The translations under genes and the position numbers were made by a program. A model generated the notes under the pieces. That model searched no databases and was not told the DNA's origin. It saw nothing but the letters and a program-made list of their open reading frames with translations. A DNA stretch of 64,000 bases, from positions 2,991,416 to 3,055,415 of the forward strand of contig OZ316897.1 of the NCBI GenBank assembly GCA_973895155.1, in the 5' to 3' direction. Each line of letters opens with the position of its first letter. Positions within the stretch are counted from its first letter, which is position 1. This stretch comes from Marsupella aquatica. Lineage: Eukaryota; Plantae; Marchantiophyta. Below are positions 32,698 to 45,600 of the stretch, piece by piece.

Positions 32698-35018
32698 TGT
32701 TCTACAGTGATGACTCTAGAGAGTTTGCACCTCGTGTCCAACCTCTGTGAATTCTCTGACCGACAGAATTGACGAGCTTAAATTGCCGTGGTGGGGATTG
32801 AAGGTCGAATAGCCAGAAAAGGGTGCTGCCATACGAGGCTTCCACTAAGAAACCATCCATTCATCAGTCACACTTGAATCAATCGACAGACAAAGGTTTC
32901 TTCTGTTGTCAATGATCTTGAGTGAAGTAAAGCTGGCCCCTTGCTGTAGATGCGGTGAAGCAATTCAACTGGCAGATCAGTTGAGCGTTTCCGAAGATTC
33001 TTGAAACGCTCCACATTGGTAGCCTTCGGTGCTCTCGAATGTGATTTGCTCTCCAGTATCCAGCATGGAAGCACGGGTCACGAGCCGTATGGCGAGAATT
33101 GTTGGAGTAATTTTGCTGTGCTCCGCCTGGTTAAGAGTGCGCACGGGTGTGAGAGTGGGAACGTTGAGTTGAGGGATAGGAAGAGGAAGAGGCCAACCTC
33201 CATTTTTTGAGGGAGCCTGTTCTGATCTTTCAGCCCAATCCTTACACTACTCCGTAAGAGAGCACCGAACTGTCGAATTTGAGTATGTTGAACAGTTTCT
33301 CATACAAATGTCTCATAATCTCCGGCTTCAATTGAGGATGATGGATCACGCCTAAAATGCGGAGAAGCATGGGTCAGTCACAGACATCAGCCGAGAAAGT
33401 AATTGACATCATCAGGATAACGGAGGACGGCTGCAAATTCGTGTTTTGCTACCGGAGGCCCTAATTCGACTCACAAAACTTCGTCTCCGTGCCAAGAAAC
33501 GGTGTCGTGGGGAGATATGACTAGTCCCCATGCTTGTTTGTGTACCGGGGAGTGACAGAAGGAAAGCAGAGTCTGAAGGCATTCGTGGCGGAGCGGTTAC
33601 AGTGCTCATGGTGTCCCGTGAGCTGTGCTAAGGTCAGCTGAAAGGACAGCCAGCAGAACAATGGGGAAAACAACTCAAAACCGATGAAAACAAAGCTGGA
33701 GGGCATAAAGTTGAACATAACATTTCTCGCAAATCGGTTCTCGGACAACCAAACGGAAACGTGGTTATGATCTCGGTCAGGGCTGCTAAATAAACATGTC
33801 ATCCTGAGTGATCAATCTCAAGTTTCTTTGTTTCTTGACAACACCTGTCGAGCATTCGTCCAAAGACTGATCGAGGGCATCAGGTGTCTCTCCTCTCCGC
33901 TCCTCCTCTCCTCTGCTTTGCTTTATGAGAACAGGAATTTATTTAATTTGAAGAACGGAGGTCGCGGCGTTGTTGATTAAGAAGCAGCGAAATCGAAGTT
34001 TGAATGTCCTGCCGTAAGGCGTTCGCCACGCTAGTTTGCTGAAGTCCCAATCGACTCCGGTTCCCGAAAGTCGAGATCTCGTACTTTACTCCTTGCAATG
34101 TACTACGTCATTCATGTGCTTTTTGAAACAGATCATTTCGAAGCTTTAGCAAGAAACACCCCGAATTTGCTGCCAACTGCTTGGTTTGCCAGTCACACAT
34201 GTGTGATGCGTTTATTCTTTGTATTCATCTAATCACTTCCATTCACCAGGCCTGGCAGCCGTGATGCAATTCTTCAGGAATTGCCAAGAAGAAAGTGAAC
34301 TTCAAGAAGTGGATCATCGTAGAAAGAGTGCGATTGAAACAATTCATAATCTAGAGAACTAGATCATCGTTCAAAAACGTGCACTTGTAATAGGTTATTC
34401 CACAATGAGAAGTCCTGTCAGACTTCAGTCCTTTCAGTTGACTGGTAGGGTGATTTCAAACCATGGATCTCGTCTTCTACGCATGCGACCTTCCCCAGAA
34501 CTGGCTTAGTCCACGTAACCAAGAAAGACTTCAGGATGCTTCCCACATCTGAGTCTTCAATTGTGAAAAATACTCATTTAAGCCTTTGTACATAAGAAAC
34601 ATTTCTTGACTACTGATTCAACTGTAGCCTGAAGCACTTCAGTGCCGAAAGTTCCCGTGATCCAGAGCTTCCAAGATCATGCATGGAAACATACTATATA
34701 TCCTACAGATGCCAATACTAGCATGTAGAACAGACAGACACTAAAGTTGTGAGACGTTGAAAATATTCCTGATTTCTAATAGCAGAATTCGACTCTGATT
34801 GGGACCGACCTAAATTTTAGACTTCCAGCGTCAATTCATGTCCTGAGTTTCAAGTCCCTGTCGAAAATTCGACAAACAACATCTCACTATAACCAAATTT
34901 CTTTCTCTGCTGAATACAGAGCTTCCTCAGAACACATACATACAAATAGACAATGAATCAGACGAGCCGCTGAATGATGTGAACACGGTTCCCATGCACG
35001 AAACAGGGCGAGCACGAC

Positions 35019-35552
35019 CTAATTCAGTTCTTCTTCTTGATGAGTTTTGATGGTCAGGTTCGATCGGGGGTAGGCAATGCACGTGAGAAGGAAGCCTTCC
35101 GCCTTCTGGTCATCGGTGAGCATGCTGCCCTCGGACTGATCCACTTCGCCCTCCACTATCTTCCCCGTGCAAGTCGCGCAGCTGCCCGCCCTACAGGAAT
35201 AAGGGATATCCAAGCCAATCGTCTCCGCCGAGTCCAAGAGGTACGCATCATCCGGAGCATCGATCTCGAACTCTCCTTCGGGAGTAATGAGCTTGACCTT
35301 GTACGTCGCGTTGCAGACAACTCTCCCTCTCCTGTTGCTCGTCACTTTGCTCGAGACCTCCAATCTCGCTACTGCAATCTTCCCTTCCGCATCGTCATTG
35401 CCTGCGACTGCGAGACGTGTGACAGAAATCCGGCCGCGTGGGAAGGAATTCGTTTTCGCCCCAATCCAATTCTCAGAATTCTGAACAGCAGGCCCTCGAG
35501 GACCGGCCGAAGAAGCAATCAAGCAACCTAGATTTGTAGCTGACAAAGCCAT
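35019..35552 (-). CDS. Plastid [2Fe-2S] ferredoxin with long transit peptide, 177 aa from ATG 35552
   Basis: Mature start [12 protein letters not shown]; CRAGSCATC...LTC cluster ligands; C-terminal THQEEEL; cleavage-like RVVCN/A; no introns in CDS. Confidence 0.95.
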   Translation of the reverse strand: MALSATNLGCLIASSAGPRGPAVQNSENWIGAKTNSFPRGRISVTRLAVAGNDDAEGKIAVARLEVSSKVTSNRRGRVVCNATYKVKLITPEGEFEIDAPDDAYLLDSAETIGLDIPYSCRAGSCATCTGKIVEGEVDQSEGSMLTDDQKAEGFLLTCIAYPRSNLTIKTHQEEELN

Positions 35553-35939
35553 GATTACGAAATTTCTAAACGGAGCTGATCGAATTGGAATCAACGGAAG
35601 CTATTCAGAACAGTACCAATCGTAAGTGTATTCTCTGTTGCTTCAGATGAAACCTGGGCGACACTAAATTGACCCCAATTCGTGCTGTGGATCGATGAAC
35701 TTGAGAACAATTTCACAGCGCAACTTCGCATCTGGGCAGAGCTCGGATTGTTTACAATAGTTCAAGCGAATCTGCATGAACCCAGTTCCCCAGAAGCCCA
35801 GATGTGACGCGACGTCTCAAGACCCTGGTATGGCCTGATCAGACAAGGGCCAGAAGGTGACTCGACAGGGGTGTGTCAAGTGCACAGGGACCTTAAATCA
35901 AGGGCTTAGGGTGACTCAACCTGGGTGTCCCACTGGTAA

Positions 35940-36225
35940 GTATTTTTTTGTGATTCGCCATGTAGAGGAAGGTCAAATGGTATAGGATAACGCCAGTCTG
36001 GTCTGGGGTATTTTTCAGTGATTAGCCATGTATAGGATAATTATGGCAGTCTGGTCTGGGGTTACTCACCTTGGTCTGAGGTTACACGCCTTTAACCTTG
36101 TGACCAGAAAGTAAGTAAAGAGTAAGTAAAACCTGATCAATGGCTGGTCTGGGGTTACTCACCTTGGTCTGGGGTTACTTGCCTTTAACCCGATGACCAG
36201 AAGGTGAGGAAAACCTGATCATTGG
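35940..36225. repeat. Interleaved short direct repeats
   Basis: ctggtctggggttactcaccttggtctg...gcctttaacc...tgaccagaa x2; gtgatt(c/a)gccatgta x2. Confidence 0.7.
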
Positions 36226-39200
36226 CAAAAAAGCTTTTTTGAGCTTTCTTGGAGTAGAGTTCATGCTAGAACCCTTGCCCAGACCTCCAATGTAGTTGGT
36301 AATTATTGTCTGGACTAAGGTCACTTCTAGGCAAAAGATTATGGAAATAGGAGGTACCTCTCAAAATGGTTACACACAAGTAACCTGCATTCAGTACAGA
36401 AATTACATTGGGGTGGGGGGGGGGAAGCTGGGGAGGATTTGTAGGCTTTAATCCTGTGTCCAGAACCTAAGTACAAGCAATCTGAGACAAGTTGGTCTTT
36501 TGGGGGTCTCTCCATTTCACTCTTTCCCCCCTATATTGGGTTTTTTGCCTTGGGGATCTTGTCTCCAGATTTGGAGTTGTCTGGCAGGAAATCATTTCTG
36601 AAAGTGTTGGGAGCAGGGTTGTAGACTAGAATTCGAGCCCATACTGATGTTTTGGTGTGTAAGTTTGGTTAGGAAAAAGGTTCTCTGGCTCTAAATTTTG
36701 CAACACTAGATATGAGAAAAGGAACGTCGACTAGAAGTGGTTCTGCACACAATTTTGATTTAGGAGCAAATGTTCCATAGACTTTAATATTAAGCCCAAA
36801 TGTTTGATACACTTTTAAGCCCCTCCTCTATTATATTGTCATCTCAGACGCATGCAATTTACCTTACTAACATTGTTCACCACAGTTAGTGTTACTCACA
36901 CTAATTGCATCACCCTTAAATTTTGTAGTCTTGTATAAAATAGTGAGTCACATTATCTTTGGCATCACTCTAATTGCAGTTCACATGAAGACAAACGTTT
37001 TGTCACATTGTATTGCTCTTGTCAGAGTTGAATATCAAGGGCACACGGAGAATCACAACACACAACTGAGATTCACTGGCAGTCAATAGCACTATGAGGG
37101 AAAACAACCATGTTTGGAGGGTGATGCGCTTGGCTCTGGATCTTAGTCCCCAAGGGAAAGCATGGAATGTGAACTGAGACTCCAAGGAATGAGGACTCTC
37201 ACTACTGTGAACATCAGGCTTTCAATAGAATGTAAACAAGTAACATCAATCTTTATGCAAAAACGTGATCCTGTGTGATTTGACATGCTTCTGAGGGGTC
37301 TCTCGTTGACTGCAATTTTTCTTTCTTCAAAGTTTCATTGGCCAGTAATTATGAAGTGTGACTTAACATAGGTAATTAGTGTGATTCCTGACATTCAAAT
37401 AAAAGTCGTGCACAAACTAAGTACGAGTCCCTTTAATTTTGGTGTCACACTAATTGCTCACTCACACTAGTTAGGGTGGACAGTGTAACAGAACGCCCAA
37501 TCAAAGTAACAGGCAGGTAGTTCCAAAGTAAGAGGACATTATCATTTTGTCTCATTCAAATTATAGAAATTTGTGTGCACAACATCGTCAATATCCTCCA
37601 TCGTCGAGAGATTCCTGAATAAAGTCGTCAGGGACTGTATTTTGGAGAACACCCTTGTTGAAGGGAATCACCCTACACATCAGATTGTCTCATTCTGACT
37701 TTCGAAAAGATTCATTTTATGTTGGGCACAAAGTCCATCAACGCACTATTGGGGAGATCTCCCAAATAAAGCCCTCCAGGTCAGAGCCCAAGGAAAATCT
37801 ATTTTGGAGAAAGAACACTCTCCTCAGGGGGTGGTACTCATCAGATTAATCAGGATTTCTGAAAACCCTGAGCCCTAAACCATGAAGATATGTGATAGTT
37901 TTTGTGATAAAATATATCAAACTGCCAAAGAACAAAGAGTGACAAAATACCTGTAGTAGACACGAGACCCAATAACGGTGGCCAAACAAGAGAAGCAACT
38001 TCAATATTGTCTGTGCATTGCACGATAGATTCCGTAAAAAATGTCTTTGCGTAATTAAAAGATGTAGGTTGCACAAAAGAGATTGCTGCAGAAATGATGT
38101 TGTTATGCAAAAGATGACTTGAAGGAAAATACCTCATTCTGTAGAAGAAGTTGTTGCAAGTATAATTAAAAGAGCTAATGCATAAAAGAGTTCATTCCAC
38201 AAATTAAAGAGATTGTTGCATTTCGAGGTTCATTGCACAATAAGTTTTTGCATACTGAGAGCCCCCATAAAGACATTGTGCAAAAGGTGCAGTTTAGTAA
38301 TTAAATTGCGAATGTTGCCCAGAAGAGGTTGGAGTGAAATAAAAACATAGTCAACATTGAAAAGGGAGGGAAGTCTTTACCTCTTTTCAGCAAATAAGTG
38401 TCATACTGGTGGGGGGTGGAAGGGGTGGATTGAAAACCAGGGGCAAGGTTTAGGGTTTAATCCTCCTCCATTCCCCAAGGATATATCCTCCTCCATTCCT
38501 CGAATTTCAGTTTGGTCGAGCCTCCCCCTACCCATTTTGCTCCCCAGTCTTTACTTGAAACAACAACATCAGATTTTGTAAGCCAATCACAGGGAAAATC
38601 TATGAGACTGTTTATTATAGTTTTTGATGTTGCCAGAGTATAAGCCAAGGGGAGAATATAAATGAATTTTCCCTTTGGTCCTGGTTTACAGTACTCTTGA
38701 ATCTCTGGGCCCTACAGTCAAAACGCCTAAATAATTTATCATTTACAGTTGGATAAAACTGTCTGCAGACACTTTTCCACGGGATCTTTGTTGGATGGTA
38801 AATTTACACAAGCCTGAATCTTTCCTTGACGCTAAACGTCAAAGCTCCTCAGACTACCACTCTGAAAACAAGCAAGACAGATTATAGTTTTTGATGCCTC
38901 TCTGCCATCTGTCCGTGACCAGGGAAGGATGACAAAGGGGACAGGACAAATATGAACAACGGGCCCCAAAAGCTTGATAACCTATTGGAATGTTAGATTC
39001 CATAGAAAAGGGATCACAAACACATTGAGTTGAATAAATGTTGTTTTTTTGTAAATAAGAGTTTTAATTTGAGCAGGTGTTGATTCTGAATCTAGTTTTG
39101 TGGATTCTATGCTAAATTCATAGGGTCTTAAAAAGAATCTATATTTATGTAAAGATCTATTAGCACACATTTCTACCCATATAGGATCAGCAGCTAATTT

Positions 39201-40125
39201 TTTTAATCTTTCTCTTAAAGTTTTTTTTTATTGATTTCATTTTGGAAAAGGCCCAAACAACAACATCACCTTCGTGACATGGACCAAGCTTTCCCTGTTG
39301 GCAAAACAATGCACATCAATAGATAGCATGTCAACTGATTCAGGTCAAAGCCAGGAAGAGAGAGACATGGTGGCCCAAAGAGGAATGTGTAGCTTACCCA
39401 TAGCATCCAAGTCTATTCCTGTTGCCCTTTGTTGGCAATTCTGAGAATTAGTTGGTACAGAATTGTGAATTGACTTTCATTGGGAGTTCAGTTTCAGTTG
39501 TTGGTTCCCCACAAATTCATATTCACCTGGCCAATAACTCTCTGAAAACCTGGGGGGTTCGTTTCCACAAAAATGGTACATCATGTGCAATGAATGATAG
39601 GGTCATTTTATTGGTTCAAAGAGAAGACTTAAAAAATTTCTCAGAAGAACAATAGGGTCTTTTAAATCCAATTTTGAGACTATGTAACATTTCACTAACT
39701 CTGGAGATTCTTTTGTCCAAAGTTGAAGAATGAAATTTCCAAAACATTCATTTCAAAAATCCAAAAACGTGATCTGAAATTTCCAAAACCCAAAATTGAA
39801 GTTTCCAAAAGCATACTTTTAAATTTCCAAAACCTAGTCCATTGGATGAATTACGAATTCAAAGGCAATGAAAAAAGTACTCCTTCAAATGAATGACTGA
39901 AATTACTCTTTATAATAAATGGGGCACTAACAGTGGTGCCGTACATATATTTTGATATATATCCCTTCATGGGACTTCATAATTGTTGGGTTTTTTGCTA
40001 ACTACAACATCGTCTTCAATCGGCTAAAGTGACTACAAAGTTGACTAGACAACTACACCTATTTGACTAGACAGCTACACTAATCATATCAAGAATATCT
40101 TTGAACTAACAAATGAAGGATAGCT

Positions 40126-40235
40126 TCGTCACAGACACCTATTTCTCCTCCTTCCTAAACTCTGTCCATCTTCCAAAACCTCGTCACAGACACCCATTTC
40201 TCCTCCTTCCTAAACTCTGTCCATCTTCCAAAACC
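40126..40235. repeat. Tandem duplication, 55 bp x2
   Basis: tcgtcacagacacc...ccatcttccaaaacc at 40126 and 40181. Confidence 0.9.
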
Positions 40236-40427
40236 CCTGCCAAAGCCTCCCCTCTCCCCTCTGCGTTCCGCCATAGTCCAATTGTGTCCGCCTTCAAGCC
40301 AAAACGACTCCTCTGCTCCTCTCCTCTGCTATTGGGCCAAACCGAAAGGAATGATTCCAGGGTTGCGCATTGCCCTTCACCCCTCCCTCCAAATGGGGCT
40401 AATTCTAATCTATATGAAACATATTCA

Positions 40428-41429
40428 CTAAATTCTATCCGTAATCTGAAGTACTAAGTCCTGCCTACTCTTTACTCCTATGTTTATTCTACAGAATTTT
40501 GACGTTTGTCTGTGAACTTCGCTGACTACTTTCACAAACTCCCTAAAATTTGTGGCGAATAGCCCATGCGCAGCTCCTAGGCCTTTTGCGCATTGATTAG
40601 TTTCATGCTCAGTGAAGTCTTCCTTACGAGACATCCACAATATGATCTCTATGTGCCGAGGAGTAAGTTCTGAAGTTGTCAGTTGGAGAACATCATATTT
40701 GCGCACTGGCCACGATGCAAAAAGCGAATTAGATTCCCCAAACCCCTGCAGTTGAGTGTATATCTATTGATACTGTTTCCATTTTGGAGTGTTTCGCCAC
40801 AAATACACACGCACATCTCTTGCCAAGGCCAACTCCTGCAACACTGGTTGAAGTTTGTTGCTTATAAACGTATCTGCAAGGAGACCATTATTATTGCCGT
40901 TGAAGCAATCACAAAACAGCATCGAGTATTCGGGGTTAAAGAAACTTCTGTGAGGTAAATCATCAAGAAGGATGGTGTTGCTGTCATTATAAGGTGCGCT
41001 TGTCCGATCTCCATATAAAACGAGGTAATCCCAAATATTTTTCAGTAATTTCACAAAGCAATTTTTCCCTTTGTTTCTTCCAGCCCCATAAAATATCCCA
41101 GTCGACAAGGCTTCCGCTTCAGTTCTCACAAAGACAAATCGATGCTTCTCGTTGGGAAACACTTTCTCCAAAATCTCATGCACATTATGATATACGGCAC
41201 AGGCCCATATCCCCACATCAAATGTCTGAAGACACCATTCAACGAAGCGCCGCATTCCCGGTCTTACATAGATGATTCTATTCTTTAGAAACAATGTCTC
41301 CCCGTTTTCAGTATTTATATCCCTAAGAGACTTTGCTCACACTCCCGATATTTGCACAATATGTAAGATGACATTCATGTCAAGTACGAGCAGTTTACGA
41401 GGAACGGTGTTTTGTATAATAGTTGCCAT
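40428..41429 (-). pseudogene. FCP1/NIF-like HAD phosphatase, intronless, with premature stops
   Basis: From ATG 41429: RKLLVLDMNVIL..*..YVRPGMRRFVEWCLQTFDVGIWAC...NTILLDDLPHRSFFNP. In-frame TGA at 41337-41339; TAG at 40764 is followed in frame by ORF 40428-40706. Confidence 0.8.
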
Positions 41430-41576
41430 ATCGTATGTTACAATATCTATAGAGTGATGAAACAATAAATGACAATCAATATCGTAAAGTCAATGCAAGA
41501 GCGTAACATCAATTACGATGCCTTGCAGCGTATGGAAGTTTGACGATAACATATTCCACACGAGAATCGCGTAGAT

Positions 41577-42635
41577 CTAACTCAAATGGTGACGATAAAG
41601 GCTTAGAACAATATTCCTCCTTTCAGCATCCATGTCCTCGGCTTTGAAATCAATAGGCTTCTCCCTACTCCGGTAATCGGCAAATTTGATGACAAACACT
41701 CCGCAGTTGTAGTCATCGGTTTGAAGAGGGATGTCTTTACAACAATTTCTCGGCCATGACAAAGCATTCAGTTCCTTATGAGTTCTGAACATGGCTTCAT
41801 CATCTAGATATCTTGCTAGGTTCTCAAGAACTTCAGGGTTATCTCCGTGCAAAGAATCCAAATAGTCCAGTTTCCTAAGACCCATGTCGATGATGACCAG
41901 TGCCCAATGGTTATGTCCCTCATGAATAGGGACCATGACCATCTCTACATCAGTTAAAAAGTACTCCAACTTCGAGGTCCAAGTTTGAACATTGTCATAC
42001 TTATATCCACCTCGAGCAAGTTCCGAATAGAACCAAGTATCAAAAATATGAACCTGTGGGAGGTCGGTACCCGCGGATTCTGCTCTCGAAGCAATCAGAC
42101 CAAAATAAGCATTCAGAATTTCATAAGTTATCCATCGCTCGGGACCTAGACATGCCATCTCGCGACGAGTTATGACGCATCCAGGCACTGATTGTCGACA
42201 AAACTAAATCCTGATCCATGTTAGGGTTGAGGCAAAAGTCTATCGCCACATCATTGTTCAGGTTGAGAGAAGTGTGAAAGAGTGAATTGGCACCTGCCTT
42301 ATTTGCAGGCTCCACTGCAAGTTCCACGGCAACATTATCGACATGTCCGATGACGGGCTCGACCTCGCATGGACCCTGATTTTCTGCCCAAGTATGGGGA
42401 GGGGATGGATTGACGATGTTAACGGCCTCTTGAACTCCAGTGACAACTCGAAGGTAATCGGAAGGATCCTCAGACACAACCGGTGCAATATCATTTACAA
42501 TTGAGTCCACCTCGCCAAACGACCCCACACGAGGCTCGCGTAGAGATAGAGGGATCCCATCATCATTGTGTTCTTCCTCCACAAGAGGTCCTTCGGAACT
42601 CCCTAAGTGGTGGATCAGTCTTTGCGCCTCACCAA
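41577..42635 (-). pseudogene. Ulp1/peptidase C48 SUMO-protease-like gene, frameshifted near 42200 and 5'-truncated at the repeat starting 42636
   Basis: CLGPERWITYEILNAY, HIFDTWFY, VPIHEGHNHWAL, YLDSL, PLQTDDYNCGVF (H-D-Q-C intact). Upstream acidic ORF 42121-42582 overlaps in another frame. Confidence 0.88.
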
Positions 42636-42790
42636 CTCGGGGGGGTCACTTCCACGGAAGTGCCACATCACGTGCGATGAAGTATAGGGCCATTTAATTG
42701 GGTTCAGCGGAAGACTTCCGAAGTTTGGTGGAAGAACAAAAGGGTCCGTTTTAATTGTTGGGATGCTCTAAAGAACAATAGGCATTTTTT
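42636..42790 (+). repeat. Second copy of the left ~150 bp of the 44323-44651 element
   Basis: ctcgggggggtcacttccacggaagtg.cacatcacgtgcga.gaagtatagg...ggaagacttcc.aagtttggtggaagaac shared with 44323-44480. Confidence 0.85.
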
Positions 42791-43649
42791 ATATGGGACA
42801 TATTCCACGGAAGGTGTCCAGGAAAGTTAGGGAATTTATTGCCATATGTTCATGTGACACGCATCATGTTTAGGTTGGACCACGTGTCTCCTTGTAATTG
42901 CAACACGTGGTTTTAGGTGGTACATATGATTTTTTGCTGCAACATGAATGTTTCAATTTTTGCCCTATTGTAACCAAACTTTTGTCCAAAAACTATATTG
43001 TGAAGGATTTCAGTTTTTGATTTATTGGGACGGGGTCTAAAGTGGGTTAAGGGACCCTCGGGGGAACAATGATACCACTCAGGGTTTGTGAGGGCCGTCC
43101 ATGTTTAGGGTTTAAGATCGAACGGTTAATAATGGCCCGGGTGGCGGATTTAGAGATGGGGATTGTGGGCCCGAGGATGGGGGAGGACGCGCGAACATTG
43201 AGTTTCAAACTCAATGTTCACTTTCTTTGTGCAAATTGGGAGGGCTGCGTTGCGCTGCCGTGACTCTCTTTGTGACAATCGAGAGGGCTGCGCTACGCTA
43301 CCGTGACATTGGAGGATCTTCAAGTTTAATTTCTTCGTGACAATCGGGACTGCGCTGCGCTGCCGCGACTTTGGAGGATCATTCGACTGCGTTGCGCTGC
43401 CGCGACATAGGAGAGGACCGAGGAGAGGATCGGGGTAGACTGAGTATTGCTGTTGCCACAAGTTCTGGTGCGAGTTTTCAGAGGAGGTACATTGTCGAGG
43501 CCGACTGTTACTTGGTTTGGATCGAGCTTGATAGAAACTGATCAGGTTTCCACCATAGCTTTTTGCTTGTTTCCTTGCGTACTGCTTCTTCTTATGTTTC
43601 TTTCTGATATGTGTTAGGAGGATGACAACGCTACAGAGAAAGGTTGGTG

Positions 43650-44262
43650 GAAAGCAGGTGATGCTCCTAGCTTATGTGGCCCCTTGGAGGTTGCTCCTCT
43701 TGCAAATGCTGCAGCACATTGATGTCAATTGCTATTTGTTTGCTAGCATTTCCTCTTTGCCTACGACGTGGTCTTTTCGTTTCATTCCAGAGGAGCTCTA
43801 GTTGACTGAGGAGGTCGGGACGACTGTTGTTGGTGCGAGTTCAGAGGCTCTCCATGTTCTTTGTGAGAAATCAAAGGTTGATTGCTGTGCGCTGCTGCAA
43901 GCTGGAGCTGTAGTCAACTGTGGAGGCCACGAGGACTGCTGCTGCCATGGTTTTAGAGGTCCGTCCATTCTCTTTGAGACAATTGGGAGGACTGCTGTTG
44001 CGGCAAGTTCAGAGGGCGGAAGGACTGTTGCTGTGCAAGTTTGGAGAGTAGGTAGACTGTGGAGGCGTGTGGAGGTCGACTGCTACTTGGTTTCAGACAC
44101 TACTTTACAGAGCTCGGATTGGCAGAAAGAAGGTGATACTCTGAGCTTCTATGTCCCCTTGGAGGTCGCTCCTATTGCAAATGTTGTCGCACATTGATGT
44201 TGCTATTTTTTGCTAGCATTTCCTCTGTACCTGCGATGTGGTCTTTCCTTTCATTGAAGAGG
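43650..44262. repeat. Diverged direct repeat, ~140 bp (43650-43795 and 44125-44262)
   Basis: ccccttggaggt.gctcct.ttgcaaatg.tg..gcacattgatgt...tgctagcatttcctct in both. Confidence 0.8.
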
Positions 44263-44322
44263 TCCGAAGGGCGATGCTGGCTGGATGTCTGTTGTTGTCT
44301 GGTTCTTTAGTTGCAAGGTTGA

Positions 44323-44651
44323 CTCGGGGGGGTCACTTCCACGGAAGTGACACATCACGTGCGACGAAGTATAGGCCCATTTAAATGGGTGTGGCGGAAG
44401 ACTTCCAAAGTTTGGTGGAAGAACACATAGGGCATGTTTTATTGATTGGTCGACTTTAAAGAACACATAGGCCTATTTAATTGCAAAAAATACTTTCTAT
44501 AAAGTTTTTAGGGGTTTTTTAATAAAAAATGACAAAATTTTAAGAAAGAAAGGGCTTTGCAAAAAATAATAATTTCACTTTAAAGTTAGGGGGGTCAAAC
44601 CCTAAAACGTCGCACGCGATGTATGGCCCTCCATATAGTGACCCCCCCGAG
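44323..44651. mobile_element. MITE-like element with ~44-bp imperfect TIRs
   Basis: Left end ctcgggggggtcacttccacggaagtgacacatcacgtgcgacg; reverse complement of right end ctcgggggggtcactatatggagggccatacatcgcgtgcgacg. AT-rich interior; flanks aaggttga / ggggttga (6/8). Confidence 0.7.
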
Positions 44652-45140
44652 GGGGTTGAGCTACGTGATATTGCTTGCAGACAGACGCGGACCCAGAAGG
44701 GATGCTTGGTGAGGGCGGAAGATAGAAGGAAGTGTTTGATCTGCCAGGTTAGAATCTATCACTCCTGTGAGTTTGTAATTGGAAGTTTCCATACAAACAG
44801 AGTCTATGTTGTCACAGTCACAAGCCTATGTGCTTGCATTGCCTTGAAAAGAGCCACCCTGAAATCCAGCTTGTTCAGTTATAGAAGCTTCTAAAAAGTT
44901 GCACATCTGATCCCCACTCGCATTGGCAAGATTGTCCATTTAGAACTCAGCAAGAGACATCGGTGCTTTCTTGGTGAGTGCTGCTTGGTTGGTGATCGAT
45001 GCTTGATCTTTGTTGTGATCGGTGCTCGGTGCTCGCCATCCAAATCAGATCCAATGCAATCCTGCACTGACTGTGCTGTGAAGGTAAGAACATTGCTATT
45101 CATATAGCAACTCTTTTTGTGGGTTCCAAAGTGAATGAAA

Positions 45141-45600
45141 TTTTGCTAACTATGTTTACTTGTAGCTTGGCTTAGCAGAATGCACATAGTTAGCAAAAAA
45201 CTGATAGTCTCTCAGGGGGGGTCTACTATCAGAGTTGGAACATGTTAGCAGACAACGGGGTATTTACAAACGATAGGAAACAGCAAACAATAACAGAAAA
45301 TAGAAACTGGTAACAGGAAAATGAGTGGTAATGTTTTTTGAAATTTTTTTGAGAAAAAAAAAGTTTTTTTTTTTTTCAAAATTTTATTTTATTTGCTAGC
45401 GCCCAAAGCTAGCCAAAAAATGTTGTAACTTAGATTTTTTTGGAAAATGAAACTTTTTAGAAAATATTTTGACATGGTTATTTTTCCTGGTAACAGTAAC
45501 TTTTTGCTGGTAATAGGAAAAAATTTCCTGGTACCAGTAAACCTGTTTCCTATTTACTGTCACGCGTGCCATACCTGCAGAAAACTGATAGTAGAGAGAC
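45141..45600. repeat. Cluster of nested inverted repeats upstream of the BRCT ORF
   Basis: Perfect 15-bp IR ttttgctaactatgt (45141-45155) / acatagttagcaaaa (45184-45198); tctactatcag (45222) / ctgatagtaga (45585); ataggaaacag / ctgtttcctat. Confidence 0.7.

Noticed and set aside
35037-35531. 164-aa ORF antisense to ferredoxin, and similar antisense or alternate-frame ORFs over CDC5, GH3, GH20 and TnpD
   Set aside because: Shadows of real coding sequence with no motifs
36850-39900. Possible decayed coding or TE remnant, including ctcagggggtggtactcatcag resembling 45211
   Set aside because: Multiple stops, no family recognised, and the similarity is short enough to be chance
44626-44640. ...ccatatagtg as a CACTA right end
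   Set aside because: No matching CACTATATGG end found; the sequence is explained as part of the 44323-44651 TIR
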